A stretch of 49,616 bases of DNA from Octopus bimaculoides (GCF_001194135.2 NC_068993.1:42170271-42219886); one strand, 5' to 3'. Positions 1 to 13,114 are shown, counted from the stretch's first letter. A program made the numbers and translations. Notes: generated by a model from the letters alone, not told the origin.

Positions 1-73
1 CATATTGGCAGTAGCTAATAAACCTTTCTATTATAGGCACAAGGCCTGGTTTTTGAGGGAAGGAGCAAGTCAA

Positions 74-121
74 TTAGGGTTAGGGTTAGGGTTAGGGTTA
101 GGGTTAGGGTTAGGGTTAGGG
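74..121 (+). repeat. Interstitial telomeric-type repeat (TTAGGG)8
   Basis: Eight perfect TTAGGG units; non-repeat sequence on both sides. Confidence 0.95.
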
Positions 122-401
122 AAAACGAACACACTTCTGCAAAATGTCAGAAGTAATGGAGATTAAATACGTTTACACCGCTTAAACTGCCAAAGGAGTA
201 ACTGTAAACAGCTGAATACTTGTCAGTGATTGGTTGAAATTATCGATATAAGACAATTTTTTACATGAAATTAATTCGAATACAAACATTTTTTTTCTGT
301 TCTATAACACAAAATAGATAAGTATACGAAGTTTGAAAGTCTTTCGGTACCGAAAACACTATATAAAACATAAATGATAACTGGTGCCCCCGTTTTGAAC
401 T
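122..401. mobile_element. Probable non-autonomous repeat attached to the TTAGGG array; class uncertain
   Basis: Non-coding block between SINE fragments, abutting the TTAGGG array; contains perfect palindrome TTTCGGTACCGAAA (342-355); boundaries approximate. Confidence 0.35.
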
Positions 402-1225
402 AAATCCCAGAGGCAGCCTGGTTGCAAAGTGAGCTTCTTAAACTCATAGCCATTCCTGCATCTCTTTGACGATCTGTGGTAGCTACGGTGTAATGCTATT
501 GCTGTGACAAAGTAGGAGACGCAATCAATATTTATGAAGGAGAATTAACTATATCCCAGTAGAACTAAAATATTACCTCTAACGCTTTCAGAAGATTAAA
601 GTTAAGGACGAACGTTATTTCGTAAAACACAAAGTAATTTCATTCCTTTGGTTGTCTTCCAACATAACAAAACCCATTCTCAGATAAACGAGCATTGCTG
701 GAGAAAAGGTGAGGGGAAAAACAAATACAGAGGATTCATACCGATGATGATAACTAAAATCCTTTCATACTGAAAAGTGAAATTTGATGCTAAGTAGAGG
801 GAGTGTATCTATGTTAAAACTATAAGCATGAATAAGTATAATAACCATAAATAATATTTATTTTATGCAATGTCTATGTCAGAAACATTTAGAAGCAGTT
901 ATTTCTGATTATATATAGCAATATTAAGTATTTGAGTTAGACAACATAACCCACACATGTTTATTGCTTTTTTCATGTAGTATCTAAGCAAAAGAATATT
1001 GACATGGCTGTTTCTAGCAATATGCCGCTTTAATAGTAACAGCAGCAGCAACAACGAGGAGCCTTCCTTTATGTGGTCGCTTAAACTGCCAGATTATACT
1101 TACATCATTCCTAAGCATTTAAAGTATATTTTAATTAGAAATCTTCCAAAGGAGGAGTGTTCAGAAAAGGAATGTCCTTGATCATAGGTGTGCTTAATCA
1201 GAGTTCAGCTTATGTTAAATAATCA

Positions 1226-1467
1226 TTTCTATTAAAAGCACAAGGCCTGAAATTTGGCGGGAGGGGACTAGTCGATTACATCGATCCCAGTTCATTTCAC
1301 TGGTATCTCCTTATCCTCGAAAGGATGAAAGTGATATTTAATTCACCCCCTTAAGAATGAAACGCAAAATCGACCTCGGCGGAATTTGAACTCAGAACGT
1401 AAAGAAGAAGGAAATACCGCGAAGCATTTTGCCCTGCGGACTAACGATTCTACCTGCTCGCCGCCTT
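1226..1467 (-). mobile_element. tRNA-derived SINE, family A (head GGCGGCGAGCTGGCAGAATCGTTAG)
   Basis: Reverse complement has tRNA-like head with B-box GAGTTCAAATTCC; same body recurs many times in the window. Confidence 0.85.
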
Positions 1468-1609
1468 CCCCGTGTTAAATAATCGCATGAGCAATATTTT
1501 TAATTTTATAATCAAAAGTAACTCGTACTACTTCTATATTTTCTTTCCTTGTTCCTACATTATTGAATCTATTCTTTATTAAATTTTCTCTTCTTTGTTT
1601 GAAATTTTA

Positions 1610-2816
1610 TTAGGTTGGAATTAAAGTCTTTCCGCCTTTCAAAATCGGCAAGAAACTAATGCTTCTTTGGTCTAAATTGATATATACTTTATCAAGATAA
1701 TATGTCTCGGGCGTAAAGTTCTCAAGTTTTCGTGGTATAGAAACTTTCAATATTGTTCTTAACTTCTTCGCAATTAATAAGCTGCGTTCCTCAAACAAAC
1801 TTAACTATCATCTGAAAAGTTGATAGATAGAACACGGTCAGGAGTGTAAAGAGGATGAGGCAAAATTTCCGTATTCAGTGCCATAATCTTTATCTGAGCA
1901 GTTTAGGTCATATGTAGTCTTACATTGTTGTGTCAGAGTAAGAGCCTTGTATGGTCAATCAATGATGGATACTTTTCCTGCGAATGTTTGTGTAGTGCTT
2001 CCAATTCACGACAATATCCCTCTGTATTATCTCATTCGTTTTGGTTTAACAGCTTATGATAGACAACCTACTTCATATCCCACCAGACACAGAGCATATT
2101 TTTTTTCGGGTGTAGTCCTGATTTGGGCATGTGCTCTCCGTTTTCACTAGGTGCTAACCATTGTAATTTTCGTTCCATCTGATTATAGAGAACTCCCTTT
2201 TCATCACTTGTGATAATTCTACTGATGAAAGGTTCGGTAGCAAGTCTCCTCTCAATGATAAACAGAAAACAACTCTTTGGTTAAGCTGAGAAGCATTCAG
2301 ACGTTGGGGAATTCATTAACGCAGTTGAAACACTTTTCGCAATTGATGAAAATGCTTTCTGATTGATGTGTGACTTGGGTTGTTTTGTTAATTCTCAGAT
2401 AGTTTGCTTTGGATTTTCTTCAACTACGGTTTTCAGAAACTCAATATTGACCGAATGTGATCGTTCAGGACCAGGTAAATCTGCGAGATAAAACCATTCC
2501 GAGCGAAACTACCTAAAAGCATCGTTGGCGTGGACACTTAAAATTTCATTTACATAGAGAGAACGAATGTTTGTTACCACTTTCTTTGCTGAAAAGTTAT
2601 ATTTGAATTCATACAACATGATGTGTTTCATATGAGACTAATATAATCTAAACTCATTTTAAAAGAGTAAAATCGATGCGAATTTAACCTCTGTAGTATA
2701 AGGTCTAATGCAAAGAAAGAAAAATATGCTTGGATGTAAAAGATTGGTGCTTATTTTACTGTAAGCACCCACGTTGATCTTGTAAAAAATGTTATAGGAC
2801 TTTCTTTCCCGCATAA
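1610..2816 (-). mobile_element. Near full-length decayed mariner (DD34D) element with transposase pseudogene
   Basis: Minus-strand translation gives IITSDEKGVLYN, CVWWDMK, HNNVRLH, LPHPLYTPD (mariner IVTGDEKW/WWD/HDNARPH/YSPD motifs) with stops and frameshifts; left TIR TA-TTAGGTTGGAATTAAAG, degenerate right TIR followed by TA. Confidence 0.9.
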
Positions 2817-3259
2817 TATAATTATTTAATGTTATTTTCAATGGTTATTTTGTCTTTAATTTCAAACAATATTTTAATTTTGATAGTTATTTTGGTTTTA
2901 TCTTTTTAGGGGGCAGGTGATAAACTTATTTATTTTCAGAAAAATACGTTGAGACATTATCAAATAACTTCTCCCGGAAATGTAGCCAAAAACAAGTAAC
3001 TTGGATCGTTAAGAAAGATTTCTTGAAATTCACAGATATGAGTTGACAAATACAGAACAGTCTACACAGTTCTGATTTATTGAATGTATCTCTTTGGATC
3101 GAAAATGGGACATAAATATCTCATATTCAACACAAAAAATCAAAACTATAATGATGGTAATCGATCTCCGTCATTCGGAGATGAGATTCCAGTTCTTGGA
3201 TCAAGCAAATTACTTCTTCCTGAATTAATGTGTAAGTGACTGTGTTTTCTACAAACATA

Positions 3260-3505
3260 TGTACCCTTATTCTCTGGCAGAATCAGGGTGACATAGTGCA
3301 CGGCAAGCCATTACCCCTTTTGAATTACGTGCACAATGCACCTAATTAATTTCTGTTCAGTTCCCGACCATCGGATTACACTCGTGAAGTACGTGGTGAC
3401 CCGAGGCAAAAGAAAGTGACTTTGCCCAGAATGTCCCGGATTGGAATCGAATCCAGGATCTCGTCATTTGGTGAAGTGAACTGCTTAACCATTCAACCAT
3501 AGTAT
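3260..3505 (-). mobile_element. Old tRNA-derived SINE fragment (not family A or B)
   Basis: Reverse complement shows degenerate A/B boxes (TGGTTGAATGG...GATTCGATTCC). Confidence 0.45.
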
Positions 3506-3945
3506 GCCTAAAAAAAGCAGAAACATCTCCAATATTTAAGATTTAATTTTTATTGGAATGTATTATCGTAAATGCTTTTGAATATATGTGTGGTAGTGTG
3601 TATATCATGCAAGGCTTCAGGAATTTTTCTTTAACTTGTTTGAGGATAAAAGATCCGTTTTGATTGAAAATCTTTAGAAAATGCAAATTCTATCTTGTAG
3701 AGAATTTTAATCCTGATTGATTTGATTTTAAATCGCATCAATAATTACGTTGTTTATCGAACAGCATGTGTGAGATCAGCATTAAACTGCATGTTAGACC
3801 AGCATTCAGTACCTTCAGGAGATTTCGACAGAGTTGGAGTACTGTTCCGTATGCATAGCCATTCAGTCAACTGCCAATAAGAATATTGAATCTGAGCACA
3901 CATTACTAGTCATTATTGATTCTATCAGCTCGCTGTCACCATGTA

Positions 3946-4160
3946 GGTGACAGCGAGCTGATAGAATCCCTAGCACGCCAGATAAAATGCTAAGCGGCAT
4001 TCCGCCCGTCTTAATGTTCTGAGTTCAAATCCTGTTGAGGTCGAATTTGCCTTCCCTCTTTTTGGATCGATTATATAAGTACCGTTTAAGCACTGGGGTA
4101 CATGAAATCGACTAGACCTCAACCCGAAACTTCAGGTCTTGTACCTATTGTAGAAACGGT
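3946..4160 (+). mobile_element. SINE family A, diverged; head duplicated as an inverted repeat
   Basis: Head, B-box GAGTTCAAATCC and body match other family A copies. Confidence 0.85.
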
Positions 4161-4274
4161 TATTTAAAGCAAACAGCAAGTCATGTAATTTAATGTGTAG
4201 TAACCTACACACACTATAGCAATTCATATACAGTTTTAAAATATTTTAACTAACTACAATTAGATTATAATTTC

Positions 4275-4680
4275 AAATGTTGGTACAAGGCCAGCAATTT
4301 CAAGGGAGATGGTAAGTCGATGAGATCCACGCCAGTGTTCAAGTGGTACTTATTTCATCGACTCCAAAATGATGGAAGTTAAAGTTGACTTCGCCAAAAT
4401 TTAAACTCAGAACGTAAAGATGCATGAAATTCCGTTAAGCATCCCCCCACTCCCGCGTGCTAACGGTTCTGCCAGTTCGCAGCCTACATTAACTATATTT
4501 GGTTTCAAATTTTAGCATAAGGCTAATTTTGGGGTATGATGTAAGTCGATTGACTGGTACTTATTTTATCGACTTCGAAATGATAAGAGGTAAAGACCTC
4601 CACTGCAGAATTTGAATTCAGACGAATGCCGGAAAGCATTTTGAGCGGTGTGCTAACGATTCTGCCATCACGCAGCCTTG
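4275..4680 (-). mobile_element. Two tandem SINE family A copies
   Basis: Two successive minus-strand copies (~4275-4485 and ~4500-4680), each with a GAACTCAG/GAATTCAG B-box and a GCTAACG.TTCTGCC head. Confidence 0.8.
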
Positions 4681-6695
4681 TTGTAACTACACATTAATAT
4701 CTAATATAGGGAGAAACTTACAAATGGTGTAGTGAATCGAATAATGCCTTACAATATTAGGATTGGCTCAACTAATTTCAAGTTTGATTATAATTACTTT
4801 AATTGACAGCCCTCAGGTTTAGGTGTAAAGCTAAATCACGATCTGCTTCATCGTAGTTCAACCCTTATGGAGCAGGCTCATCATCACAAACATTTCAGTT
4901 GTGACTATCTCTTCTTTTTAAAGATTTGTATGACAATATTTTATAATAGTTTCTCTCTCCTATTCAAGAAGGTGCGGCGTGATTTATAGATTTGGCTACC
5001 ATTTTTCGCAGTTTCAGCGACTAAGTACATGCTCTCTCGCCTAAGTCACAGTAATGTATTATGGCTGATTTATTGAGGTTTTGTGTATTTAAAAAGAAAA
5101 TGGCTATTAGTATTTATAGTTGAACGTTTTAAAAATTAAATTACTACAATGGATTTTTGTCTGGTATGTCTTTGTTTCGCGAACGTGTTTACGAATATAA
5201 ATATCTATCGAAGTGAAAAGAGCTGGTGTTGTGTTAAATCTAATAAATCCACTTTTATTACAACTTCTCTACTGAGTAGTTGCCCTAAAAAGAACTAAAA
5301 ATCGTCAAGACCCATTGAAAATACTTATTGCAACAAGAATTGTAGTTGCATGAATGCAAACTATAATTTAGAGAATTTCAGCATACTCATTCAGCAAACA
5401 ATCTCTTGCTTGATATACAACAATATATTACATTATTTTCAATCATTATTTAGAAGAAGATAAAAAAACTCATGAGATTCTTTCAGATAATTTGCTTATT
5501 TATCAAGGTGTATCTAATAAACTATTTACTTAGATAACAGGAAATGGAGACTGTGCACGTATGAGGGCTGAAAACAAGTTATTGACTTTACTTTACAGAA
5601 TACCTTGTTAAGGAATGATTGTGCACAAAAACTGCCATCATTCTATGCCAAATTTAATTCTCTAATCTTTGTCAACATTCACAGGTTAACAGCAGGTTGC
5701 TTACAATTTGTAGAGATGGTTTGCAAGAATTTACTGTCTTCATTTGTGTGAGATGTTGAAGTCAGAGATAAAAGTGATAAATTAAAATAGAGGAAATACT
5801 TGTAAGCAAGAGATGAGAAACTATCTATTTGATACATCAGCGTTGACATTAAAGCAGGGAATAATAATTTCTTCTATTTGAAGAGAAACATCAGTGTGCA
5901 CTATAACTACAATTACTGAGAATTTTATTCGCTTCAGTAGACACTAAGATGACAATTTACTTCTTTTTGCACAGCACTCGTGATTCATTTCACAGACAAG
6001 AATAGATCATATAGTAGCTTGGAAGACGCTGTGTAAACATTACGGGGGAAAGTACGAAAGAAAATTTGATTAGAGAAGAAATGCGAACACAATGAAACGC
6101 CAAATTGCGACTGAAGCAATGTGATCAAACTCTATTAGTAAATTGCGCAAACACAGTAAAAGAAGAAAAATAATTGTTTGTGAGGAGAACCTTTCATATG
6201 AGGAAATTTCGAAAAAGTAGATTGTTAAAATGGAACTAGTCGGGAAGAGCTAACAATACCGAATTGATGGAAATATCTAAATAACAGTAAAATCAAGTTG
6301 TTAAAAATACCTCTTTCTTATGATTGTCTACTGTGTTTCAAATAAAGGGCCTTTTGAATGAAAGGCTTGCGAATTAGCAGTCTGATATTGCTTTGAGCTG
6401 TTAAATAGTGGTTACTTGAGAGATGATTTCAATTTCAGTATATATATGTGGGTGTGAGTGTGTTGCGTAAATTAAATAAAGCTTGGCAGAAGTTCGAAAA
6501 AGCGATATCTATGATTTAAATAAAAGTTACTTTCTTCGAAAGATTCAAAGAGGTCAGGATGTTCGTGAAGGGAAATTTTAGGGAATTATTGTAATATGTG
6601 AAAACAAAAAGATACACTAGCATGGATGTGTGGCTAGGAATTTTGTTTTGCAATTAAGTAGTTTTGAGTTCTGCTCCACATTGAGGTGTGTTCTA

Positions 6696-6907
6696 CAGGG
6701 TGTCCACAAAGTCCGGCTACATGGAGTAAATAAAATCATAACATAAACAATTAAATATAAGACATAATAATTTCTTAAAGTATGTGTTAATTCCCATGTG
6801 GGTACATGGAGTAAATAAAATCATAACATAAACAATTATATATAGGAAATAATAATTTCTTAAATTATGTGTTAATCTCCATGTACCCAGACTTTGTGGA
6901 CACCCTG
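6696..6907. mobile_element. Tc1/mariner-type MITE, 212 bp
   Basis: 31-bp TIRs CAGGGTGTCCACAAAGTCYGGSTACATGGAG (2 mismatches), TA on both flanks (6694-95, 6908-09), no ORF, internal 85-bp direct duplication. Confidence 0.92.
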
Positions 6908-7019
6908 TACAACTATTGCCACGGACCAACTAAAAGCTTGTGAGAGGATTTTGTAAATGAATACAGCCGACTCCCTTTGTCATATATATATCTATGTGAG
7001 TGTGTGTGTCGTTGCGTTG

Positions 7020-7230
7020 ACGTTTTTCCTTTACCACTTGGCAACTGGTATTTGTTTGTAGTCTGGTAATGTGCCTATTACTTAGTGTTTTTGGCAAAAA
7101 CGAACCGCTAAAATACGTACCAGACTTAAAAATAAATACCGAGGGCGATTTCATCAGCTAAATCTTCCAAGGTGGTGCTCCATAATGGCCGCAGCCAAAT
7201 ACCTAATGCAAATAAAAGAATAAACGAATA
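7020..7230 (+). mobile_element. SINE family B, 3' part
   Basis: GGCAAAAACGAACC...GGTGCTCCATAATGGCCGCAG...AAAAGAATAA matches the 3' half of the copy at 11463-11805 in opposite orientation. Confidence 0.65.
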
Positions 7231-7510
7231 AAGGAAAATGTAGTCGAAAACAAGTCTAAATTTGTTCAGTAGTCTGACATGTCTGTTCACTGATCTAAAC
7301 AAACTATTAGAAAATGACAGAACAGACAATATCTTAAAAGATCTTATCATTCCTCTGATTAAAAAAAAGACGGAGTTTTCAACCTTCAAAGAACTAAACA
7401 GGAACATTTATTTTTCTAAATCACTCAAGAAAATTAAAATCAACGTGAGAGCTAATAAACAGTAGGGGTTTTATAAAATAAACTCTAAGTAATAATAGTA
7501 GAGCCAGTTG

Positions 7511-7735
7511 AAGGCGGTGAGCTGGTAGAATCGTTAGTACGCCAGGGAAAATGATTGGCAGCATTTCGTCTGTGCTCTCATTCTGAGTTCAAACACTGAC
7601 GAGGTCGGCTTTGCCTTTCATCCTTTTCGAGGTGGAGGGCACTTAAAATAAGTACCAGTTGAGTACTAGGGTCGATCTACTCGACTCGTCACCTACCTCG
7701 AAGTTGCTGGACTTGTACCCAAAATTTACACCAAT
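7511..7735 (+). mobile_element. SINE family A
   Basis: AAGGCGGTGAGCTGGTAGAATCGTTAG head, GAGTTCAAAC B-box, family body. Confidence 0.85.
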
Positions 7736-9035
7736 TTTAGTTCACCCAGTAATCACGTGTGAGCTATCTGAGTGTTTATAGTTTGATAAGAGTAACTTGT
7801 ACCATGCTTTCTCTGTTTTAATGCGTGCATATTGTTGCAATTAGACATAATGATCAGCTTGGGCATTCCACAATTGACCCAGCAGAACACCCACGATATG
7901 ATAGTTGGAGAGAGAACACCAGCAAGCGACTGGTATTCATGTTCAGCTGAATAGGAGGGAAGAACGGAAAATGAAGTGCGTTGCTCAAGAATAGAGCGAT
8001 ACAGCTCAGTGCAGGAACTGAACCGAAGAACTTATGATCACGTGCTTTCACACGTAATAGCAATATGCTAATTAGATATGCTAAAGTTTCAACGAAAATA
8101 AATTAAATCAATATTTTAACTAAAGTCCAACTCACCCTTTTTCTTTTCGTTAGTTTATTCAACTTAAATCTAAGACAGCGAATTGGCTGAATCGTTCGAG
8201 CGTTGGATAGAATCTTCTGCCTCTCCACTCTGTGCCAGGCGGCACATTAAACCTCTCCCTCCATCTCTTCCCCTCTCTTTCTCCATCCCACTCACTCTCC
8301 CCATGCTGTCGATGGTTGCAGTTTGTACCTTGTTCTACATTCTCGATATCAACAGTTCTTCGGGTGTTTTTGTGTCTTCTGCTCTTTCTCCTTCCTTCAG
8401 TGGCGGATATCATGGTTGCCATCCTTTCGGTTTTCACTCAAAAACCTCATGATTCCTTCTTTTTTCAGGCTAGGATCCATTGCCTTTCCAACGTAGTGTC
8501 GGTTCTTCTGAGTATTTAAATTTTCTGTACACAGAAGGTTTTTCAAGATCAGGTAATTAACCCAATGCTAAAACTTCAAAACCTGGAAAAAAAGAGTTAC
8601 CTTTCTGTCCAGGGATTCTCTTCCTTAGACTTTCGCTACCCATGCTCACGAGAACCATCTATTAGGGAATTAAAATTGAAGTTTCCTCCTCCTATGGCGG
8701 TTCATGTCTCCGAGCTCCACCAGTTAACTCCTCCCAAAAGGAAATGTCAAGAACTAGTCTTCATATCACACCGGTCTTTCACCCCACTTCTGCGTTAATC
8801 ACAGCTGAAGACACTTACAACCTGCCTTTTGTCTAGAGGAAACTCCTGTATTAATGTGACGTGGAGATACGACAATGGAGTTCACCGTCTTTTAGAAGCA
8901 CCATGAGCACTGTAAGCTGCGGCAGCTCTTAACAGGGAATTGATAGAATACTTTATTTGCTCTGGTACCTGGATTTCAAATCTCTTCCTTTTCAGACTCA
9001 AGAAATAAAACGCCAAGCACTAATATTAAGTTTAC

Positions 9036-9176
9036 CTCTCTCTCTATCTCTCTCACTCACACTCTCTCGCTCTCTCTCACTCACTCTCTCTCTCTCTCAC
9101 ACTCTCTCTCTCTCACTCACTCTCTCTCTTTCTCTTTGTCTGTGTCTGTCTGTCTATCTGTCTCTCTCTCTTTCTA
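9036..9176 (+). repeat. Compound (CT)n/(CTCA) microsatellite
   Basis: Directly visible. Confidence 0.9.
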
Positions 9177-10129
9177 TCACTACGTAAGGAGAGCATCAAG
9201 GATATATTCCTGTTGTGCCCTTGGTAAATCTTTCGCCACCACACTATAAACAACGAAATTAGAAACAAAATATAAAGCAACTCTTACAACTGAAACTATT
9301 TTTACTTTGAAATATGGATGACTACCCGTAAGAACTAAAGTCAAAAGCTTCTGTCATAATCGTGTGCACTTTCTATTTTTGAAGATATATGTGCTTATAA
9401 CAAGATGGTATCCTTAATCACTTTTTCATCTGATTTCAATTTCTTTCCTTTTCTGACGAAAATTCAATCGTTACCATAGTTAGGATAAGTATGGCTTATG
9501 TTAAAACCCTATTTTTAGTGTGAATTCTGCCAATTATATATGGAAAGGACAAGCTAAAGAAAGGCTTCTTTTATTTTCGTAACGTTGTCCAGTTATTAAT
9601 CAATACTGAAAATAAACTCCATTTCAGTGGTTCGTCATTTCTATTGCTTCCTATAACTTAACTGTACGTTTGGTGATTTGATTGCTTCACTTAAAGGGTT
9701 GTAGTTTTACACAAACAGATAGAGAATTCAACTACAGGAAAATTTTTATCCTTGGATATAATACTTAACGGGTAATAACTTATAGAAATACTGTTACATA
9801 TAAATGGAATAAGGTCATTTGCTTATATGCATTTGCAAATGAAATTACGTTCATTAAGATGCTTTTTGAGCATCATTAGAATCAGTGAGGCAATACCTGT
9901 GCGGAGTTTAGGATTTGTATAGTTAATACAAAGTGACTGAAAGGTTGATTATTTTACTTCGCTGCCCGTTTGGTGTACATAACAAATGAAAACCTGCAGC
10001 TTACTGCTAATTCTTCAGACAATTATGATCCTATGAAAATATATTAGAATAACTACGTAATATGTAAATAAGCAGTAATTGTTTCCAGAAATGTTCTCAT
10101 AAACACAGACAAATTTGGTTGCAATAATG

Positions 10130-10370
10130 AAGAATTTTTTAACCTCGATTTGGAACCACCAAGTTTCTTAGCCAGTCCCACTGCGTAATACCTTAGGGCA
10201 ATTTTTTCTACTATAATCCGAGGCAAACCAATGCTTTGTGAGTGAATTTGGAAGACCGAAACGATGAGAAAGCGTGTATCATGTTCCAGCTTAGCCGCAG
10301 TTCAATGGCCCAAGCAGACAAAAGATATAGTGACAATTCCGAAAAACTTTGGTCTTGAATAAATGAATTT
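10130..10370 (+). mobile_element. Degenerate SINE family B
   Basis: CAGTCCCACTGCGT...CCTTAGGGCAA...CTACTATA...GTGAGTGAATTTGG matches family B head and core. Confidence 0.6.
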
Positions 10371-10944
10371 TATCAAGAGAAATGACTGATTCCTGGTTAT
10401 CTAATCTACTCACAAACACTGTTACTGCCGGTGTTGGCTTTGAGTATAATGATAGTAACAGCAATAATGAGACATTCTCACAACGTAGGTAGCGTTTTTT
10501 GTGTATTTGTAGATTATATCAGTAACACATATCTTCACTTATAGTCTATTTTAGCAATACGAAAACTTTATATTCCGATGCGTCCTGAAATAGTGCACTT
10601 TATGACACATTGTTGCAGTCTATTCAACAATACATTTTTGCTACAGCTCTCTTTACCTCCAACTGAGTCACCATTAAGCTGGTACTTCATCAGTCATATA
10701 AAATGGTGTAACTTAATATCTCTCCCTGGATATTCAGCTGCGTGAAAGCTAGGCGTATCGCGTGGGTGGCAAAATCTGTATAAGCATATAAACCAATTAA
10801 GGAATGCATGGTACAAGCTATGGGGGCAAACACGCTTCTGAATGAAGACTGGCTGAACTGTAAAACTTGGGCGAATATGAATGCAAAGTAAACAGAGCGA
10901 TAATACAACGTTTTCTGAAGGTAACAACATCATAAAAAATAAAG

Positions 10945-11162
10945 ATTTCTTCTACTGCGGGCACAAATCCTGAAGTTTAGTGGGAAAGGTCCAGTCGATT
11001 ACATTGACCCCGGTGCTTGACTGTTACTTATTTTATCCGACCCGAAGGGATGAAAGCAAAGTCGACCTCGGCAGAATTTGACCTCGGCAAAGCGTTAAAA
11101 CGGACGTAATGCCGCTAAGCATTTTTTCTGACGTGTTAATGGTTGTGCCACCTCACGCCCCT
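10945..11162 (-). mobile_element. SINE family A with small internal duplication (GACCTCGGCA x2)
   Basis: Family body on minus strand. Confidence 0.8.
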
Positions 11163-11462
11163 AGCAATTATGATGAAATCGCATTGTTTTATTTTACCGC
11201 GATGTTTACTGCGATGTATTACAAAAGGGGTTACAAATAAATGTCGGGATGTACATGCGTATTAATACATAAACGTGGTGGAGGTCAAGGATGTTATATA
11301 ATATAATAAAACTTATGAACATATCTATAAATTTACAGAAATATGTAAATGAATATATTCTTACTCTTTCGAGTAAATATTTCAGTCTTGGTGGTCGTGC
11401 GGACAGAATGTTGGCTGGTGGGGGGGGGGTTACCCAGAATATAGCCGTAGTTTTCAGGAATA

Positions 11463-11805
11463 CTCTTTTACTCTTTTACTTGTTTCAGTCATTTGACTGC
11501 GGCCATGCTGGAGCACCGCCTTTAGTCGAGCAAATCGACCCCAGGACTTATTCTTTGTAAGCCTAGTACTTATTCTATCGGTCTCTTTTGCCGAACCGCT
11601 TTGTTACGGGGACTAAACACACCAGCATCAATTGTCAAGCATATATACGACGGGCTTCTTTCAGTTTCCGTCTACTAAATCCACTCACAAGGCTTTGGTC
11701 GGCCCGAGGCTATAGTAGAAGACACTTGCCCAAGGTGCCACGCAGTGGGACTGAACCCGGAACCATGTGGTTGGTAAGCAAGCTACTTACCACGCAGCCA
11801 CTCCT
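11463..11805 (-). mobile_element. Near full-length tRNA-derived SINE family B (head GGAGTGGCTGTGTGGTAAGTAGC)
   Basis: A-box TGGCTGCGTGG and B-box GGGTTCAGTCC on minus strand, then ACCTTGGGCAAGTG; compatible with the octopus OK/OR-type SINEs, exact family not assigned. Confidence 0.9.
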
Positions 11806-12605
11806 GGTTATTAGAAATTCTGGAATAGGTTGTTTGAAATACAGTGTCCATACATATGTCACCCTAACATATGTTATACCTTATCACTTATGCCCTAGTT
11901 ACTTTCATGTAATGTCCCACAAATGAAACATTAATACAAGAAGTAACATCGCTAACAATTCTCATCACCGTGATCCTCATTGTCCAATACAGTAAAGCTT
12001 TTGTTTAAAGGATTGTGCGTATGTGTGTGTGTGTGGTGCATCAGTGTTGCCTGATTTCTTGTATCGTCGTCACATTTGAATGCAAGGATCTCACTCTTAC
12101 CCGAATAATAAAGGAACACGCTTCCATACATTACATAATTATTCCCTTTAGAGCAACTGGAAACATTGTGCTTCCTTCACGAATCAATTGTGTCTCTTTA
12201 TTCTTTACTCATCTTGAGATAAATCTAGCAGGTAAGGTTACACTCACTTTAATCACATTTTACTGCCAAGTTAGTTTCTACGACAGCTGCAAAGTGTCAA
12301 ATATTTAATTTTGGGTAGAAACCCTTACTAAAACGTCGTTATTGTTATTACTGTAGTTGTTCTTATCGTTTGTGGTACTGGTTGTGTGTAGTGTTGGTGA
12401 TAGAGGCAGGGCTGTTTCTGATGCTGGTGATACATTTTCATGTTGTGTAAATAAGCGATTTGGGGTGTCATATTATAACTCTTCTTGATTGTTTTATTGC
12501 CATATTCTTCCGTTTATACATACTCACACCATACATATATGTATATGTATATATGTATGTGTATATATATGCAGGTATATATGTATGTGTATATATATGC
12601 ATGTA

Positions 12606-12640
12606 TATATTATTATTATTATTAGTAGTAGTAGTAGTAA

Positions 12641-12698
<58 letters not shown>
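12606..12698 (+). repeat. (TAT)n followed by (TAG)n microsatellite
   Basis: Directly visible; source of the poly-V and poly-S ORFs. Confidence 0.95.
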
Positions 12699-12699
<1 letters not shown>

Positions 12700-13114
12700 A
12701 CATGTTATATTTAATATCTATTCCTTACTGGAAATTTTCCTCTATTCGAAATCAATTACATCATATTCCATAACGTGATAACAAAATTATATTTGCATAA
12801 AGAATAAACTCAATCATCCGTCTCTTCTACACATCGACATCTGAACGTCGGCTCCCATCAAAAGCTATGATTTCTAAACACATGACCAGTAGGAGTAAAC
12901 AGTCACACGGGACTTGATCGGTACTTCATTCTATAAGCTCAGAAGGCACGAAATGAAAAGTCAACCTCCAGCAGGATTTAAATTCAGAACTTAAAAGTAC
13001 TGAAACAATGACAGTCTTGTATTTTTAGCAACGCATTAATGGTTCAGCGATGCCTGTGTTATCGAGATGTGGTATGAATGTGTATAATACATTAAACAAA
13101 TAATTTTATCTTTA

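Noticed and set aside
10647-10920. Plus-strand frame between an AG and a GT whose only stops are four TGA, plus two overlapping minus-strand ORFs
   Set aside because: Read with TGA=Trp or Sec it resembles no mitochondrial protein or selenoprotein I recognise; no SECIS seen; likely chance.
12151-12230. 80-nt segment with TAG acceptor and CAG|GTAAGG donor (also 684-708, 8469-8552, 39668-39712)
   Set aside because: Good-looking splice sites but no recognisable peptide or phase-consistent partners; expected by chance in 50 kb.
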